Shown here: piece after piece, positions 47,831-64,000 of the stretch
Layout: every line of letters begins with the position of its first letter
Position numbering within the stretch: the first letter of the stretch is position 1
Assembly: GCA_020137815.1 (NCBI GenBank)
Contig: CM035361.1
Coordinates: 2,790,001-2,854,000, forward strand
Length of the DNA stretch: 64,000 nt
Origin: Hormiphora californensis
Taxonomy: Eukaryota; Animalia; Ctenophora
Reading direction: 5' to 3'
Program-made: the position numbers and the translations under genes
The notes under the pieces: generated by a model
Told to the model about the DNA's origin: nothing
What the model saw: only the letters and a program-made list of their open reading frames with translations
Databases searched by the model: none

Positions 47831-63453
<15,623 letters not shown>

Positions 63454-64000
63454 CGTTAAATCCGGGTAGAAAGAACGAATTTCAAGAAATTTTTCAGAAA
63501 TTCGTGCACAAATTTCGTAAAAAAAGTTTCACGAAAATTTGAAGTTCTCAGAAATCACATGCAGCGCAATACGGTATTTTTTCCGCGCGTTACCGTCAAA
63601 TGCATCGTGATGTTGAATTCTTTGAAATGAATAAAAAATAAAGTTTTGAAAAAACTGCAAGCTCAAAAAACAAATCTGAAAAATTAAAATCTTTAAAAAA
63701 TGAAAATGCTATCGATAAATTTTTTCGCAGCTAATTGGACGTGGAGACGACAGTTCTTGTTTTTAAGAACTTATTTAAATAACACTGAGCACCGGTGCTG
63801 TTCACCGTGCATCGGTATTCTGTTCAGCACTGAGTCGTACTGAAGAGCAGAGACGCTCAGATGTCGATCCTGTCGAAAAATTCCGACTAAAAAGGACCGG
63901 CAAATTCGACAAAAGTCTACATTTCGCCTTGGTGCTTGGGAGGAACGAAATTAGAGAAGACAGCTTGTTGATCGACTGAAGGAAATGGTGCAAAGGTCTC

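Noticed and set aside
63700-64000. Start of a divergent gene upstream of CHMP2B
   Set aside because: GC-richer sequence suggests a 5' exon, but no frame gives a recognisable product within the window.

Overview
Eukaryotic, intron-rich animal genomic DNA. It is probably a ctenophore (Pleurobrachia/Hormiphora-like); this is an inference from the repeat families and the LDLa-rich GPCR and secreted-protein families, not from a search. Two conserved housekeeping genes on the minus strand span almost the whole window: USP32 (ATG at 47067, about 17 exons down to 2386, continuing out of the left edge) and CHMP2B (63453 to 47831). Nearly everything else sits inside their introns. USP32 introns hold at least five antisense nested genes, all secreted or surface types: a Sushi/CCP gene, an SRCR-LDLa-7TM GRL101/RXFP-like receptor with an internal in-frame duplication, a small H-type-lectin-like protein, and two paralogues of a lectin-like/CCP protein, one enclosed by EnSpm-type TIRs. 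They also hold an intact L2/CR1-group LINE whose AUG-less ORF2 overlaps ORF1 across an A_AAA_AAC slippery site, and a Foldback element carrying a 1.9-kb palindromic Tc1/mariner derivative. CHMP2B intron 3 is a 14.3-kb nest: a MULE-like foldback (9-bp TSD) contains a 13.1-kb EnSpm/CMC element (2-bp TSD) that has lost its transposase core but keeps a spliced NLS-BEN-domain gene, plus further MITEs and a LINE fragment. Several minisatellites are built from copies of exon-intron junctions. Single-base indels in homopolymers of USP32 and CHMP2B suggest residual assembly errors, which qualifies some frame-dependent claims.
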